Source: Bacteroidales bacterium (GTDB taxonomy: Bacteria > Bacteroidota > Bacteroidia > Bacteroidales > F082). Taken from it: a stretch of 64,000 bases of DNA. This document shows positions 19,168 through 28,922 of the stretch, piece after piece. Made by a program: the position numbers and the translations under genes. Location of the stretch: NCBI GenBank assembly GCA_045656905.1, contig JAZOSA010000039.1, positions 417 to 64,416 of the forward strand, written 5' to 3'. A model generated the notes under the pieces. It was given only the letters and a program-made list of their open reading frames with translations. It ran no database searches and had not been told where the DNA came from. Each line of letters opens with the position of its first letter. Within the stretch, counting starts at the first letter, position 1.

Positions 19168-19359
19168 AGAAATATTTTACGAAGAATGAAAAAAAGATAG
19201 AATGAAATTTGCCCCGAAAAAATAAAAAAAACTCTTGACTTTTACTTTTTGAAACATTATTTTTACAAAAAAAACAAACGAAAAAATATGTTAATTAGAA
19301 CCGGGTGGGAAATTCCACCCGATATATATTGTGTTTTGATTTTATATCATTTCTATTCT

Positions 19360-20196
19360 ATGAAAAAGTCATCAATATTATTAATTCTTATTTTGATTGT
19401 GCTCAATGCAAATGCTCAATGGTGGAAACCTCAGCATCATATACATGATACTGTTAAATATATAGTGATGTATGAACTTACGTTTAGAGAAGATACCACT
19501 CATATGGAATATTATCGAACTGATGATTATATGTTGTCAATAGGAATAGATAACAATATCAGTTCTTTTAGAGGGTACAATGCTTTTAAAAATGATATGG
19601 AACGAAAAAAATTAGGAGATGAGGGCTTGTTGTTGGAGCTAATGCAGACAGGACAGTATCGTTCTAAATATATGCCATCAGTTCATAAATTCGATATATT
19701 TAAGGAATATGAAAAAAGAATTGTTACCACTGTAGATCATATATTTTCTTATGGAATGTATGAATACGAAGAACCTTTCGACAGTTTCAATTGGCAGATA
19801 ACTTCCGAAACAGATACCATTCACAATTATGCTTGTCAGAAAGCGATATGTGATTTCGGAGGTCGTATCTGGGAAGCCTGGTTCACTATGGAGATTCCTA
19901 TCAGTGACGGTCCTTATAAATTCTGTGGACTTCCCGGTCTCATCTTAAATATTGCAGATACACAAGACCATTATTCATACAAATTCATTTCGATAGAGAA
20001 GCCATCTGAACTAATGATGATATACGAAGTCATTGAAGAAAAAATTCCAACAACAAAAAAAGAATTCTTCAAGTTGCAAGATAAAAACAAAATATCACAT
20101 AGCATAACTACCATATCATCCAATGATAAGGCTATTCAAAAAGCTATCGAATATGAAAAGTCCAAAAATAATCCGATAGAATTGGATAGGAAATAA
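19360..20196 (+). CDS. GLPGLI family protein
   Basis: Contains the eponymous CGLPGLIL motif and a signal peptide MKKSSILLILILIVLNANAQ. I prefer the ATG at 19360 to the TTG at 19249. Confidence 0.85.
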   Translation: MKKSSILLILILIVLNANAQWWKPQHHIHDTVKYIVMYELTFREDTTHMEYYRTDDYMLSIGIDNNISSFRGYNAFKNDMERKKLGDEGLLLELMQTGQYRSKYMPSVHKFDIFKEYEKRIVTTVDHIFSYGMYEYEEPFDSFNWQITSETDTIHNYACQKAICDFGGRIWEAWFTMEIPISDGPYKFCGLPGLILNIADTQDHYSYKFISIEKPSELMMIYEVIEEKIPTTKKEFFKLQDKNKISHSITTISSNDKAIQKAIEYEKSKNNPIELDRK

Positions 20197-20275
20197 ATGT
20201 AGAGACGCGTCTGAATTAGGAATAAAAATAATCTTGGACAAAGCCTTTAGTCTTTAGTCCTTAGACATAGAAAAC

Positions 20276-22897
20276 ATGAAACAATCAACGTTGATATTAT
20301 TCCTCATATTGATTTTAGTCAGTATGAAAGTTCAGTCGCAGACTGTAATCAGCGGTCGTCTTGCTGATACCGCAGGCGAGCCTATTCCAAATGTCAGCGT
20401 GTTAGTTCATAATATTGGCAGCGATTTGATTATGGCTTACGGCTTTTCCGACATCGACGGCAACTATGAAATAAGTTTCAACCTTCCGGCAGACAGCTTA
20501 GACATAAAGACTAATTCTTCTTTTTATGAAAAAATAACAAAACGTATTACAAACACTTCTCAAACAATCGACTTCGTTTTGAAAGAAGAAGTCTATGAGT
20601 TGAAAGGCGTTACGGTGATGGCGCGTTCTATTGAGAAAACTGGCGATACTGTAGAATATTTCGTTGATTCTTTTGTAGGTCTTGAAGATAAAAGCATTGA
20701 AGATGTGCTGAAGAAAATGCCTGGAATAGAAGTGGAAGGCAACGGCCAGATTTTATATCAAGGACTGCCGATACAGAAATTCTATGTGGAAGGCATGGAC
20801 TTGATGGACGGGCAATATGCTACCATCAGTAAGAACCTGCCGCATCAGTCGGTGGCGTCGGTGGAGATTTACGAAAACCATCAACCGATACAATTGCTTC
20901 AAGACCGCATCGAGACAGACAGAGCTTCTCTCAATATAAAACTGTCGAAAGACGTTACTGTCACAGGTTCGGGAGAAGTCGGAATCGGAGCTTATCCTTT
21001 GCTGTGGAACGCCAATGTCACGCCGATGCTTTTCTCTGAAAAAGTGCAGATGGTGGCTTCGCTTCAAAGTAATAATATCGGTAATGATCTTCTGAGTAAC
21101 AATATGATAAGCTATTATCAAGATGCGGACGAAGAGGCTCCCGATGCAGATGAAGAACTTTCGATAATAAGTTCACCGATACCTTTAATAGAGAAAAGCA
21201 GATACTTGGACAACACTTCGCATCTCGTGAATTTCAACATACTCGCTCCGATAAGCAAGACAACACAGATGAGAGTCAATCTCTCTTATATCAACGATTT
21301 GCAAAAACAAAATTCGTCACAACAAAACACATATTTCCTTCCAAATGATACGATTTCATATACGGAAAATATAAATAACAAAATCTATGATTCTTACCTG
21401 AAAGGTGATGTCGCTATCGACAGAAACGACAAGAAGGCTTATGTGAAAGATAAAATCGAATTTTCAAAACGATGGAACAAATCATACGGATATGTTTTGA
21501 ATAACGACGAAAACATAAATCAAATTCTTAACAATCAGGCAATGTCAGTGGCGAATGACCTGCGCGTGTTGTTTCCTGTAGGCAAACATCTCCTTGATTT
21601 CGTCTCGTATAATTCTTACGACAATCTGCCTGAATCTCTGAATGTAGAACCAGGAGTATTTGAAGAGATTTTCAATGTAGGAAAACCTTATCAGAAAACA
21701 AGTCAGCATTTCGACAAAGAGCGATTTTTTACAAATGAAGCGTTGAGCGGAATATTTACATTCGGTAATATAATCGTAAGCAGTAAGTTGGGAATCAGTC
21801 ATTATCAGAATAAGGTCAAGACAAATCTTGCAATATTTCCTCATGAAAACTTACCGGGATATACTTCTTTTAGAAATGATGTAAATCACACATATACTAA
21901 GCCGTATCTCAGTTCAAGACTTGAATACAAACTGAGAAGAGCTACTTTTGTCTTAGACCTTCCTCTTTCTTTGAATCATGCCACGACGAACAATCGCGAA
22001 GAAAAGCAGGAACTTACGAAGGTCTTCCTCAATCCGAAGCTCTCTTTTAAATATGAATTTAATAATATGTTCAAGATAAATGCCAGCGGTCAGTATGAGC
22101 AGAATATCGACAACTTTGAAAATTATTACGACAATCCTGTCCTGAGTGATTATCAGAGTCTCTTCACGATGACGGCTCCAATGTCGGTTTCCGATTTGAC
22201 AAGAGCCAACGTGCGGTTTACTTTCAACCAGCCGTTCTATGCGATAAACAGTTCCTTGTCGTACACATATCAGCACAGAAATTCCGACATAATTTATAAA
22301 TACGACATCGACGAAAACGGAGCTTCATATCTTCAGATGATTGAAAGTCCGAACACTTCAGATTATCATGTGATAAATCTTAACGTCAAGAAATTCATCT
22401 CAGTGATAAAGACGACGATAGGATTGAAAGCCAATCTTCTTCACAACACGCGGCATAACATCTTGAACGGAAGTCTTGTCGAGAACAAGAATATTTCAGC
22501 GAGCATAATGCCGAATATGATGGTGACGATTAAACACTGGGCGCATTTCAATTATTCATTTAATTTCAATAACATACAGACATTTAGCGAAGATGTCAAG
22601 AAAAGCGATGTTAATTATCTGCGACATTATTGCAAGCTGAACATCTTTCCTCACAGAGACCATCTCATCACTTTGAACTCGGAGATTTATTCGCATCTTG
22701 GAGAGAATTATGTCTATTTCGATGCGTCATATCAATATTCCATTCCGAAATACAAACTCGATTTTGAGTTAAAATGCAATAACATTTTCAACAATAAATT
22801 GTACGTCTCATATTATTCGGGAGCGTTTTCTATCGTGGAATCTATCTATGAGATACGACCGATGGAAATCTTTCTTTCAGTAAAATTCAGGTTTTAA
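20276..22897 (+). CDS. TonB-dependent-receptor-like outer membrane protein with CarboxypepD_reg domain and plug
   Basis: 873 aa; ISGRLADTAGEPIPNVSVLV...DIDGNYEI; plug-like IEDVLKKMPGIEVEGNGQILYQGLPI; terminal aromatic residue ...KFRF. Confidence 0.8.
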   Translation: MKQSTLILFLILILVSMKVQSQTVISGRLADTAGEPIPNVSVLVHNIGSDLIMAYGFSDIDGNYEISFNLPADSLDIKTNSSFYEKITKRITNTSQTIDFVLKEEVYELKGVTVMARSIEKTGDTVEYFVDSFVGLEDKSIEDVLKKMPGIEVEGNGQILYQGLPIQKFYVEGMDLMDGQYATISKNLPHQSVASVEIYENHQPIQLLQDRIETDRASLNIKLSKDVTVTGSGEVGIGAYPLLWNANVTPMLFSEKVQMVASLQSNNIGNDLLSNNMISYYQDADEEAPDADEELSIISSPIPLIEKSRYLDNTSHLVNFNILAPISKTTQMRVNLSYINDLQKQNSSQQNTYFLPNDTISYTENINNKIYDSYLKGDVAIDRNDKKAYVKDKIEFSKRWNKSYGYVLNNDENINQILNNQAMSVANDLRVLFPVGKHLLDFVSYNSYDNLPESLNVEPGVFEEIFNVGKPYQKTSQHFDKERFFTNEALSGIFTFGNIIVSSKLGISHYQNKVKTNLAIFPHENLPGYTSFRNDVNHTYTKPYLSSRLEYKLRRATFVLDLPLSLNHATTNNREEKQELTKVFLNPKLSFKYEFNNMFKINASGQYEQNIDNFENYYDNPVLSDYQSLFTMTAPMSVSDLTRANVRFTFNQPFYAINSSLSYTYQHRNSDIIYKYDIDENGASYLQMIESPNTSDYHVINLNVKKFISVIKTTIGLKANLLHNTRHNILNGSLVENKNISASIMPNMMVTIKHWAHFNYSFNFNNIQTFSEDVKKSDVNYLRHYCKLNIFPHRDHLITLNSEIYSHLGENYVYFDASYQYSIPKYKLDFELKCNNIFNNKLYVSYYSGAFSIVESIYEIRPMEIFLSVKFRF

Positions 22898-22909
22898 GGA
22901 ATGATACAT

Positions 22910-23902
22910 TCAATGTGTCTCTACATTGTTCATTATCAACTTAATTACCGTAATTTCCGGTTTCGTTCCGATTCTTGTCTTCATCAGTGTTTCTCCTAAT
23001 CCGATGTTGACATAAAGATATTGTTCGTTGTGTTTGAAAAGTCCTGCTACTTCATTGAAAATGAACGATGATGGCGACCATCCAAATAATGAGAACTGCA
23101 TCGCGTGGGTGTGACCAGAGAGCATCAAGTCGATTTCAGGTGTGTCTTTAACTTCTAACTCCCAATGTGTTGGGTCGTGGCTTAATAAAATTTTATAATC
23201 GCCGGAAGAATCTTTCATCGCATTTTTAAGATTTCCGAATGAAAGGAATGCTCTGTGTGTCGATATGTTTTCTACGCCAATTAAAGATATTGTGTCGTGG
23301 TCACGAATTATATTTACGTTTTCGTCTAAAAGTAAATTCCATCCCATTTTGAACTGTCTGTCTTTCAATTCCTCGACATATTTCCATTGTACAGAATCTG
23401 GGAAGTTGCTGTATGCGCTATAGTCGTGGTTGCCTAAAATGGAATAGACGCCGTCTTTGGCTTTTATCTTTGAAAGTATTGTGTCTAAACCGTCTAATTC
23501 CCATGGACCATACGAAACTAAGTCGCCGGTGAAGACTACAATATCGGCATTTTGCTCGTTGATTTCGTTAACGAATTTTTGCAATGTCATTCCTCTTCCT
23601 TTGAAGGAATGAAGATGAAGGTCGGAAATCTGGACTATTCTATAATCATTGAAAGAAACTGGAATTTCATCGCTTTCTATTTCAATTTTCTTGACTTGGC
23701 ATTGATTTCTCTCTATGAAAAATCCGTAGCAGAATAGGATAGGAGCGAGAAGCGTGAACCATAATGATTTCTTGAAAAATGATTTGAAGTTAGCACCAAA
23801 GATATGAGCTGTTCCAGAAATTATTAAAGCTATTAAACCTATGATAATCATCATGAATGCGATGATTATGAGGTTTGCTATTATTTCTATAAAAGTTACC
23901 AT
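22910..23902 (-). CDS. Membrane-anchored metallophosphoesterase (calcineurin-like)
   Basis: Motifs ISDLHLH, FTGDLVS, GNHDY, LSHDP, SGHTH, with 2 N-terminal TM helices. The last codons (NNVETH*) lie in a TGTAGAGAC-type repeat. Confidence 0.85.
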   Translation of the reverse strand: MVTFIEIIANLIIIAFMMIIIGLIALIISGTAHIFGANFKSFFKKSLWFTLLAPILFCYGFFIERNQCQVKKIEIESDEIPVSFNDYRIVQISDLHLHSFKGRGMTLQKFVNEINEQNADIVVFTGDLVSYGPWELDGLDTILSKIKAKDGVYSILGNHDYSAYSNFPDSVQWKYVEELKDRQFKMGWNLLLDENVNIIRDHDTISLIGVENISTHRAFLSFGNLKNAMKDSSGDYKILLSHDPTHWELEVKDTPEIDLMLSGHTHAMQFSLFGWSPSSFIFNEVAGLFKHNEQYLYVNIGLGETLMKTRIGTKPEITVIKLIMNNVETH

Positions 23903-24131
23903 GTGAATAATTTTAAATAGATTGTAAAAAAGATAACGACAAAATTAAGATTTATTTCGATATTGTTTTTTAAAAAAATATAAGTGTTTATTGCAAAAAG
24001 AAGTTTTGGGGTGATTGTTATATCTTAATGAAAATTAATAGGAAAAGTTAAAAAATATTGAAATTTTGTGAAATTAAAAAAAATAGTTATTCTTTTTCTT
24101 TGAAATCAAATTGTATTTGAAATTATTTGTA

Positions 24132-24139
24132 TAATTTTG
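24132..24139 (+). promoter_or_regulatory. -7 box TAATTTTG upstream of the DUF4160/DUF2442 pair
   Basis: TAnnTTTG match 44 nt upstream of the ATG at 24183. Confidence 0.4.
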
Positions 24140-24182
24140 GTGTCATAATCAAAATTATATGAAACTTTGAAAATAAATTTAT

Positions 24183-24440
24183 ATGCCAGAAATTAGCAGA
24201 TTTTATGGAATCTTTATATTGATGAATTTTTCAGATCATCAGCCTCCGCATTTTCATGCATGGTATGGAGATTATAAAATAATAGTCAATATAAAAGATG
24301 GTGTTGTTAAAGGCGAGATGCCTGGTAGAGCAGTAAAACTGATATTAGAGTGGTTAGAATTACATCGTGAAGATTTGATGGAAAATTGGTGCCGCTCGCA
24401 AAATGGAAAGATTCTTGAAAAAATTGAACCTTTAAAATAA
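24183..24440 (+). CDS. DUF4160 domain protein
   Basis: 85 aa; N-terminus MPEISRFYGIFILMNFSDHQPPHFHAWYG is the characteristic DUF4160 signature. Confidence 0.8.
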   Translation: MPEISRFYGIFILMNFSDHQPPHFHAWYGDYKIIVNIKDGVVKGEMPGRAVKLILEWLELHREDLMENWCRSQNGKILEKIEPLK

Positions 24441-24446
24441 AATACT

Positions 24447-24686
24447 ATGTTCTTGGAAGTAGTAAAAGCTGAGTATTTGAATGAATATAAAATCAAGTTA
24501 TGGTTTAATAATGATGTTGTCAAGATCGTTGATTTGTCGTCATCATTAAATGGCGAAGCTTTTATTCCATTGAAAGATGCAGAATATTTTAAAAGTTTCA
24601 GTATAAGATTCAATACAATAGAATGGGAAAACGGAGCCGATTTTGCACCAGAATATCTTTATGAAATAGGAGAGTCTGTTTGTTAA
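24447..24686 (+). CDS. DUF2442 domain protein
   Basis: 79 aa with the pattern ...KLWFNNDVVKIVDL...TIEWENGADFAPEYLY typical of DUF2442. Starts 6 nt after the DUF4160 gene. Confidence 0.8.
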   Translation: MFLEVVKAEYLNEYKIKLWFNNDVVKIVDLSSSLNGEAFIPLKDAEYFKSFSIRFNTIEWENGADFAPEYLYEIGESVC

Positions 24687-24687
24687 C

Positions 24688-25425
24688 ATGAACTTCAACG
24701 TTTTCGGAAATAAAAATGCCCCGACTTTGATGCTGATTCCTGGATTGGGTGTCTCTTACGAGATTTTCATTCCGCTTATCAATTTCCTTGAAAATGATTT
24801 CCATATCATCGCTGTTGAAGTTGATGGCTTTGTCATTGGAAAACACACTCATTTCACTTCCGTTGACGAACAGGCTGTTCAAGTTATAGATTATATCAAG
24901 AAAAATTACGAAGGACGTCTGACTTGTGCTTACGGACTTTCATTGGGAGGAAAGATATTGTCTCGTGTTTTGGAGCGTAACAAAATTGTTGTAAATCATA
25001 CTATTTTGGACGCTGCTCCTTTGTTGCCGCTGCCTAAATGGCTCGTTGGTCCGCTTCGTTATTTACAATGTCTAAATGTCTGGACTTGTTATCATTGGAC
25101 CGGATTCTGGCGTTGGGTCTTTCATTCTCATTATTTCGATGTTCTGCTCGATGAATGTAAAAAGGTTTATCCATACGGTGGAACGAAAGCTGTCTTGGAT
25201 GGTTATAAATCTGTTTATACTAATAAGTTACAATCTATTAACGGCAACGATATTCATTATTGGCATGGAACAAAAGAAGCTTTCGTTGCGAAACCGCAAG
25301 TGAAACATCTGAAAAGACTTTATCCAAATGTGAATGTTGAGGTCTTTAAAAAAATGAATCATGGTCAGCTTTTGATTGATTGTCCTGAGGAAATTGCAAA
25401 GAGGATTTTATCAATGATAAAATGA
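24688..25425 (+). CDS. Alpha/beta hydrolase
   Basis: 245 aa; nucleophile elbow GLSLGG; N-terminal PTLMLIPGLG oxyanion region. Confidence 0.75.
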   Translation: MNFNVFGNKNAPTLMLIPGLGVSYEIFIPLINFLENDFHIIAVEVDGFVIGKHTHFTSVDEQAVQVIDYIKKNYEGRLTCAYGLSLGGKILSRVLERNKIVVNHTILDAAPLLPLPKWLVGPLRYLQCLNVWTCYHWTGFWRWVFHSHYFDVLLDECKKVYPYGGTKAVLDGYKSVYTNKLQSINGNDIHYWHGTKEAFVAKPQVKHLKRLYPNVNVEVFKKMNHGQLLIDCPEEIAKRILSMIK

Positions 25426-25428
25426 ATT

Positions 25429-26103
25429 ATGATGAAAAATAATTTATTCTTACAAGCTTTGAAAAAGATTATTGCAGGTTTTGTAGCAATAGGAGTTTTA
25501 TTGTTTTTGCCTGCTGGAACTTTTCATTATTGGAATGCTTGGTTGTTTGTGGCGATATTGTTCGTTCCTATGATTTTCTTGGGAATACTGATGTTGTTTA
25601 AATCTCCGAAACTTTTAGAGAAACGTCTCGATGCGAAGGAGAAAGTCGATGAGCAGAAATGGGTCGTCGCATTGTCGGGAATTATGTTTATAGCAGCATT
25701 TGTCGTCGCAGGTCTCAACTTCCGTTTTTCATGGCATTCCTTGCCCGATTATGTGATATGGATTGGAGCAAGTGTTTTTTTTCTTTCATATCTGATATAT
25801 GCTGAAGTCATGAGAGAGAATGCTTTTCTTTCTAGAACTATTGAAGTTCAAGAAAATCAGAAAGTAATTGACACAGGATTGTATGGTATTGTTCGTCATC
25901 CGATGTATTCGGCGACGATCATTATGTTTCTGTCGATTCCATTGATTCTAGGTTCAATTATTTCATTTGCCATAATGTTAGCATATATTCCGATAATTGC
26001 GGTCAGAATGAATAACGAAGAGAAAGTCTTGGAAGAAGGACTGGAAGGATATAAGGAATACAAGCAAAATGTAAGATATAAAGTGATACCTTTTGTTTGG
26101 TAG
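25429..26103 (+). CDS. Isoprenylcysteine carboxyl methyltransferase (ICMT/PEMT-like) family membrane protein
   Basis: 224 aa; 4-5 TM helices; C-terminal GLYGIVRHPMY...EE..L motif of the ICMT family. Confidence 0.75.
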   Translation: MMKNNLFLQALKKIIAGFVAIGVLLFLPAGTFHYWNAWLFVAILFVPMIFLGILMLFKSPKLLEKRLDAKEKVDEQKWVVALSGIMFIAAFVVAGLNFRFSWHSLPDYVIWIGASVFFLSYLIYAEVMRENAFLSRTIEVQENQKVIDTGLYGIVRHPMYSATIIMFLSIPLILGSIISFAIMLAYIPIIAVRMNNEEKVLEEGLEGYKEYKQNVRYKVIPFVW

Positions 26104-26121
26104 ATTGGATTTCTGGAATAA

Positions 26122-26232
26122 TTAGGAATGAAAAAGGACGCCACGTCATGACGTCCCTATAATGTTTAATCTTTCAGATATAATATTCTCTGCGTTACTC
26201 TGCGCCTCTGCGAGAGATTTTTAAATTTTCAA
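26122..26232 (+). repeat. Direct repeat, left copy (111 bp), flanking the GNAT TA cassette
   Basis: About 90% identical by eye to 27103-27210. Contains the GGACG...CGTCC hairpin and a CTCTGCG word repeat, and includes the stop codon of the GNAT gene. Confidence 0.9.
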
Positions 26233-26777
26233 TAAATATCGTTCAAATCAAAATAAAGTGAGCTTGTGATTTTATCTTCTTCTTGTTCTTTAAGATTTTT
26301 GAAATTATTATTTCTGTAAAAATCTATAGCATTGTTATATGCGTCAACAGTTAGAAACCTGCAACCGGTTTTGTTATTTTCAATAAAGAAATATTTTATG
26401 AAATCAAGCAACATAGAACCGATACCTTTACCTCGTAAATAATTGTCAATTCCTAATCTGCAGATTTTCACAGCAGGATAACTTTTTATACGTTTTTCAT
26501 TAACAAATCGAGTGCGTCTGAAACGATTGAATTCAGTCTTGTTGTTAAAGTCGGTTAGAGAAACGCGGTCGTTAGCAAGACTAAAATATCCGATGACATT
26601 CCCTGTTTCTTTGTCTTCAAATATGTAAGTTACTGCTAATAATGCTTTTCTATAATGATGTGCCTCGTTGATAATAAAGTCGTTCAAATCAGCATCGCCG
26701 CAATCGAACGACTTTATTGTTTCGTTGTCTTCTAATTTGCGAATTTCATAGCGCAAATTGTAGTCGTAAAAGATCAT
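26229..26777 (-). CDS. GNAT-family N-acetyltransferase, probable type II toxin (TacT/AtaT-like)
   Basis: 182 aa; N-terminal FDCGDADLNDFI motif; acetyl-CoA site RGKGIGSMLLDF; small upstream partner gene 5 nt away. Confidence 0.75.
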   Translation of the reverse strand: MIFYDYNLRYEIRKLEDNETIKSFDCGDADLNDFIINEAHHYRKALLAVTYIFEDKETGNVIGYFSLANDRVSLTDFNNKTEFNRFRRTRFVNEKRIKSYPAVKICRLGIDNYLRGKGIGSMLLDFIKYFFIENNKTGCRFLTVDAYNNAIDFYRNNNFKNLKEQEEDKITSSLYFDLNDIY

Positions 26778-26782
26778 TGTTT

Positions 26783-26935
26783 TTATCCCTTGAAAATTTT
26801 TAATATCGCTTCATAGTTTGCTCTGCCTCTTGCGTTTTCTTCAGGACTTACTTTGTGATCTTCATTCATTCTTTTTAAGAATCTTTCTGCATCTTTTCCG
26901 TGTAAAATCGGAGTCTCTTTAATAGGTCTCGCCAT
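26783..26935 (-). CDS. Small (50 aa) putative antitoxin partner of the GNAT (not in the supplied ORF track)
   Basis: Hand translation gives MARPIKETPILHGKDAERFLKRMNEDHKVSPEENARGRANYEAILKIFKG*. It shares the PIL[HY]GK[DS]AERF motif with 63352-63516, which sits in the same position next to the second GNAT. Confidence 0.6.
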   Translation of the reverse strand: MARPIKETPILHGKDAERFLKRMNEDHKVSPEENARGRANYEAILKIFKG

Positions 26936-26962
26936 AATAATTTAGTTTTAAGTTTTACACTG

Positions 26963-26970
26963 CAAAAATA
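26963..26970 (-). promoter_or_regulatory. -7 box (TATTTTTG on the minus strand) for the TA module
   Basis: CAAAAATA on the plus strand, 28 nt upstream of the ATG at 26935. Confidence 0.4.
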
Positions 26971-27102
26971 TATCATTAATCATTGAAAGTCAAGAAGTTT
27001 TTTCTTAAAAATTATTAAGAAATAATGTTAAAAAATTCAGGAATAATTGTAGAGATACGTCGAATGTTCCAATGAAAAATACACATTGACACATCTTAAC
27101 AT

Positions 27103-27210
27103 TTAGGAATGAAAAAGGACGCCATGATGACGTCCCGCAATGTTTAATCTTTCAGATATTATATTCTCTGCGTAACTCTGCGTCTCTGCGAGAGATTCTT
27201 TAATTTTCAA
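27103..27210 (+). repeat. Direct repeat, right copy (108 bp), flanking the GNAT TA cassette
   Basis: See 26122-26232. This copy includes the stop codon of the DUF4301-like gene. Confidence 0.9.
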
Positions 27211-28778
27211 TTCTCCTGATGTTTGTCCCTCAATAAATCATTAACAGTCTTCACTGGATTGAAAGTGATGACAGGTACTTCAACGAAGATGTTGATCCAG
27301 TCGGCCATTGCGCCGTTCCATAATCCTGGCAACTCCAATGCCTTGAGTTCTTTGCCGTCTTTAGATTTCTGTGAGATGAATCCTGTGTTATGGTCTATGT
27401 AATCGTTCAAGTCGAATGGTTCGCCTCTGAAGTCGTATGTGGCGCATACCAAATCAACAGGGTTGAAGTGCGTCGCCGATTGGAAGACAGCTTCTTGTTT
27501 CTCGTTCTTATGATCGATTTGTGATGACTCAACGATTTGTAATGACACTTCATCGCTGCTGTTTCTTGTCCAGTAAGGACCGCCGCCAGGTTCGCCTTCG
27601 TTTTTCACCATGCCGCAGATTCTCATCGGACGGTTCATCTTGCTGTAGAGGAAGTCGATTTTCTCAATTTCGTTGTATGTCTTGTAGAAATTAGGGATGT
27701 CAATCATCAGTTTTTCCTTGGCGAACTTAGCGATTTCGTCTATTTCATCGTTTGCCAGACATCCTTCGTCTAATAAGTTAAGGTATTCAAATTGTTGTTG
27801 TTGCAGTCTGAAGAGATAGCCGCCGAGGACTTTTTTATAATCGTAAGTCGTTGTTTTCAATCGGTCTGGAACAACGTTGTCGATGTTCTTGATAAAGATG
27901 ACTTCTTTTTTAAGGTCGTTGAGGTTTTGTAACAATGCGCCGTGACCGCCAGGGCGGAAGAGGAGACTGCCGTCGTTGTTGCGGAATGGCTCGTTGTTCA
28001 TATCGACAGCGATAGTGTCGGTGGATGGTTTTTGTACTGAATATGAGATGTTGTAACGTATGCCGTATTCTCTCTCGTATGTCGGAATCAGTTCTTCGAC
28101 GGTTTTCTTGAAAATGTCGAGATGTTCCTGTGAGACAGTGAAATGCAACTGAGCTATTTCGCCGTCTTCTGTGTATATCGTGCTGTATTGTGTCGCTTCA
28201 ACAAGATGTTCTTCAAGTGCCAGTCGTGATGATTCTTTGTATCTGTGGAACTTCAACAACGCCTTTGGCAGTTTGCCATAAGCAAGACCTTCGTTTTCGA
28301 GGAGGAATTCTGCAACTTCGACGAGGCGATTTTCGCTCATGAGAGTCTCGATGTCTTTGCCGCATTCTGCGAGCTTGTCTTTTAAATCGTCATAAAAGGC
28401 GAAGTCTCTGATGCTTAGGAAGAAATTCTCGATGGAATCGAATTTGACATTTTCTTTTTTCAGGAAGTCTTCAGGAATTTCCTTGCCTTTGTATTCTTCA
28501 ACAAAAGAATAAATGGTTTTAAACATACGGCTTGCGGCGCCTGATGCTGGGATGAATTTCAAGATGTCGTAGTATTCTTTGTCTTCATCGAATTGCTTTA
28601 TAAGTTCTTGAATCTCAGTGTCGCTGAATTTTATTATGCCGTTGCCAATCGTTGCAGGCGCGACTAAATCGCTGTAAGGGAAGCCTGTCTTGAATTGGTT
28701 GATTTGTCTTTCGACTTGATCGGTTGAAATGTTTAATGTCTCGAGTTGTTGTTTATCCTTGTTTGTTAAAGCTGACAT
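27207..28778 (-). CDS. DUF4301-like protein (nucleotidyltransferase-like fold)
   Basis: 523 aa from the ATG at 28778 (MSALTNKDKQQLE...). The FIPASGAASRMFK motif is recalled from DUF4301. A -7 box at 28801-28808 excludes the longer ORF start at 28835. Confidence 0.6.
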   Translation of the reverse strand: MSALTNKDKQQLETLNISTDQVERQINQFKTGFPYSDLVAPATIGNGIIKFSDTEIQELIKQFDEDKEYYDILKFIPASGAASRMFKTIYSFVEEYKGKEIPEDFLKKENVKFDSIENFFLSIRDFAFYDDLKDKLAECGKDIETLMSENRLVEVAEFLLENEGLAYGKLPKALLKFHRYKESSRLALEEHLVEATQYSTIYTEDGEIAQLHFTVSQEHLDIFKKTVEELIPTYEREYGIRYNISYSVQKPSTDTIAVDMNNEPFRNNDGSLLFRPGGHGALLQNLNDLKKEVIFIKNIDNVVPDRLKTTTYDYKKVLGGYLFRLQQQQFEYLNLLDEGCLANDEIDEIAKFAKEKLMIDIPNFYKTYNEIEKIDFLYSKMNRPMRICGMVKNEGEPGGGPYWTRNSSDEVSLQIVESSQIDHKNEKQEAVFQSATHFNPVDLVCATYDFRGEPFDLNDYIDHNTGFISQKSKDGKELKALELPGLWNGAMADWINIFVEVPVITFNPVKTVNDLLRDKHQEN

Positions 28779-28800
28779 AAGCGTTTGTATTTGAACATCA

Positions 28801-28808
28801 CAAAGATA
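28801..28808 (-). promoter_or_regulatory. -7 box (TATCTTTG on the minus strand)
   Basis: CAAAGATA on the plus strand, 22 nt upstream of the ATG at 28778. Confidence 0.45.
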
Positions 28809-28922
28809 GAAATTTATCTTAACTTTAAAAAACATTTTAAAAAAATATTTGTATATATTTGCAGAAGTGAAAGACTAATGACAAAAGGCTAGTAATTTGG
28901 AGTTAGTAGTTGAACGCTAATT

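Noticed and set aside
19303-19322. A GC-rich hairpin CGGGTGG-GAAATT-CCACCCG upstream of the GLPGLI gene might be a terminator or regulatory element.
   Set aside because: It is a single 7-bp stem without a T-run, has no second copy in the window, and its position relative to a promoter is unclear. The evidence is too weak to call.
19249-19359. N-terminal extensions offered by the ORF track (19249, 28835, 31407, 55376, 38779, 8541).
   Set aside because: The extensions at 19249, 38779 and 8541 start at TTG or GTG. The extended regions run through promoter -7 boxes or repeat words, and they precede an ATG followed by a normal signal peptide or conserved N-terminus. I chose the downstream ATGs instead.
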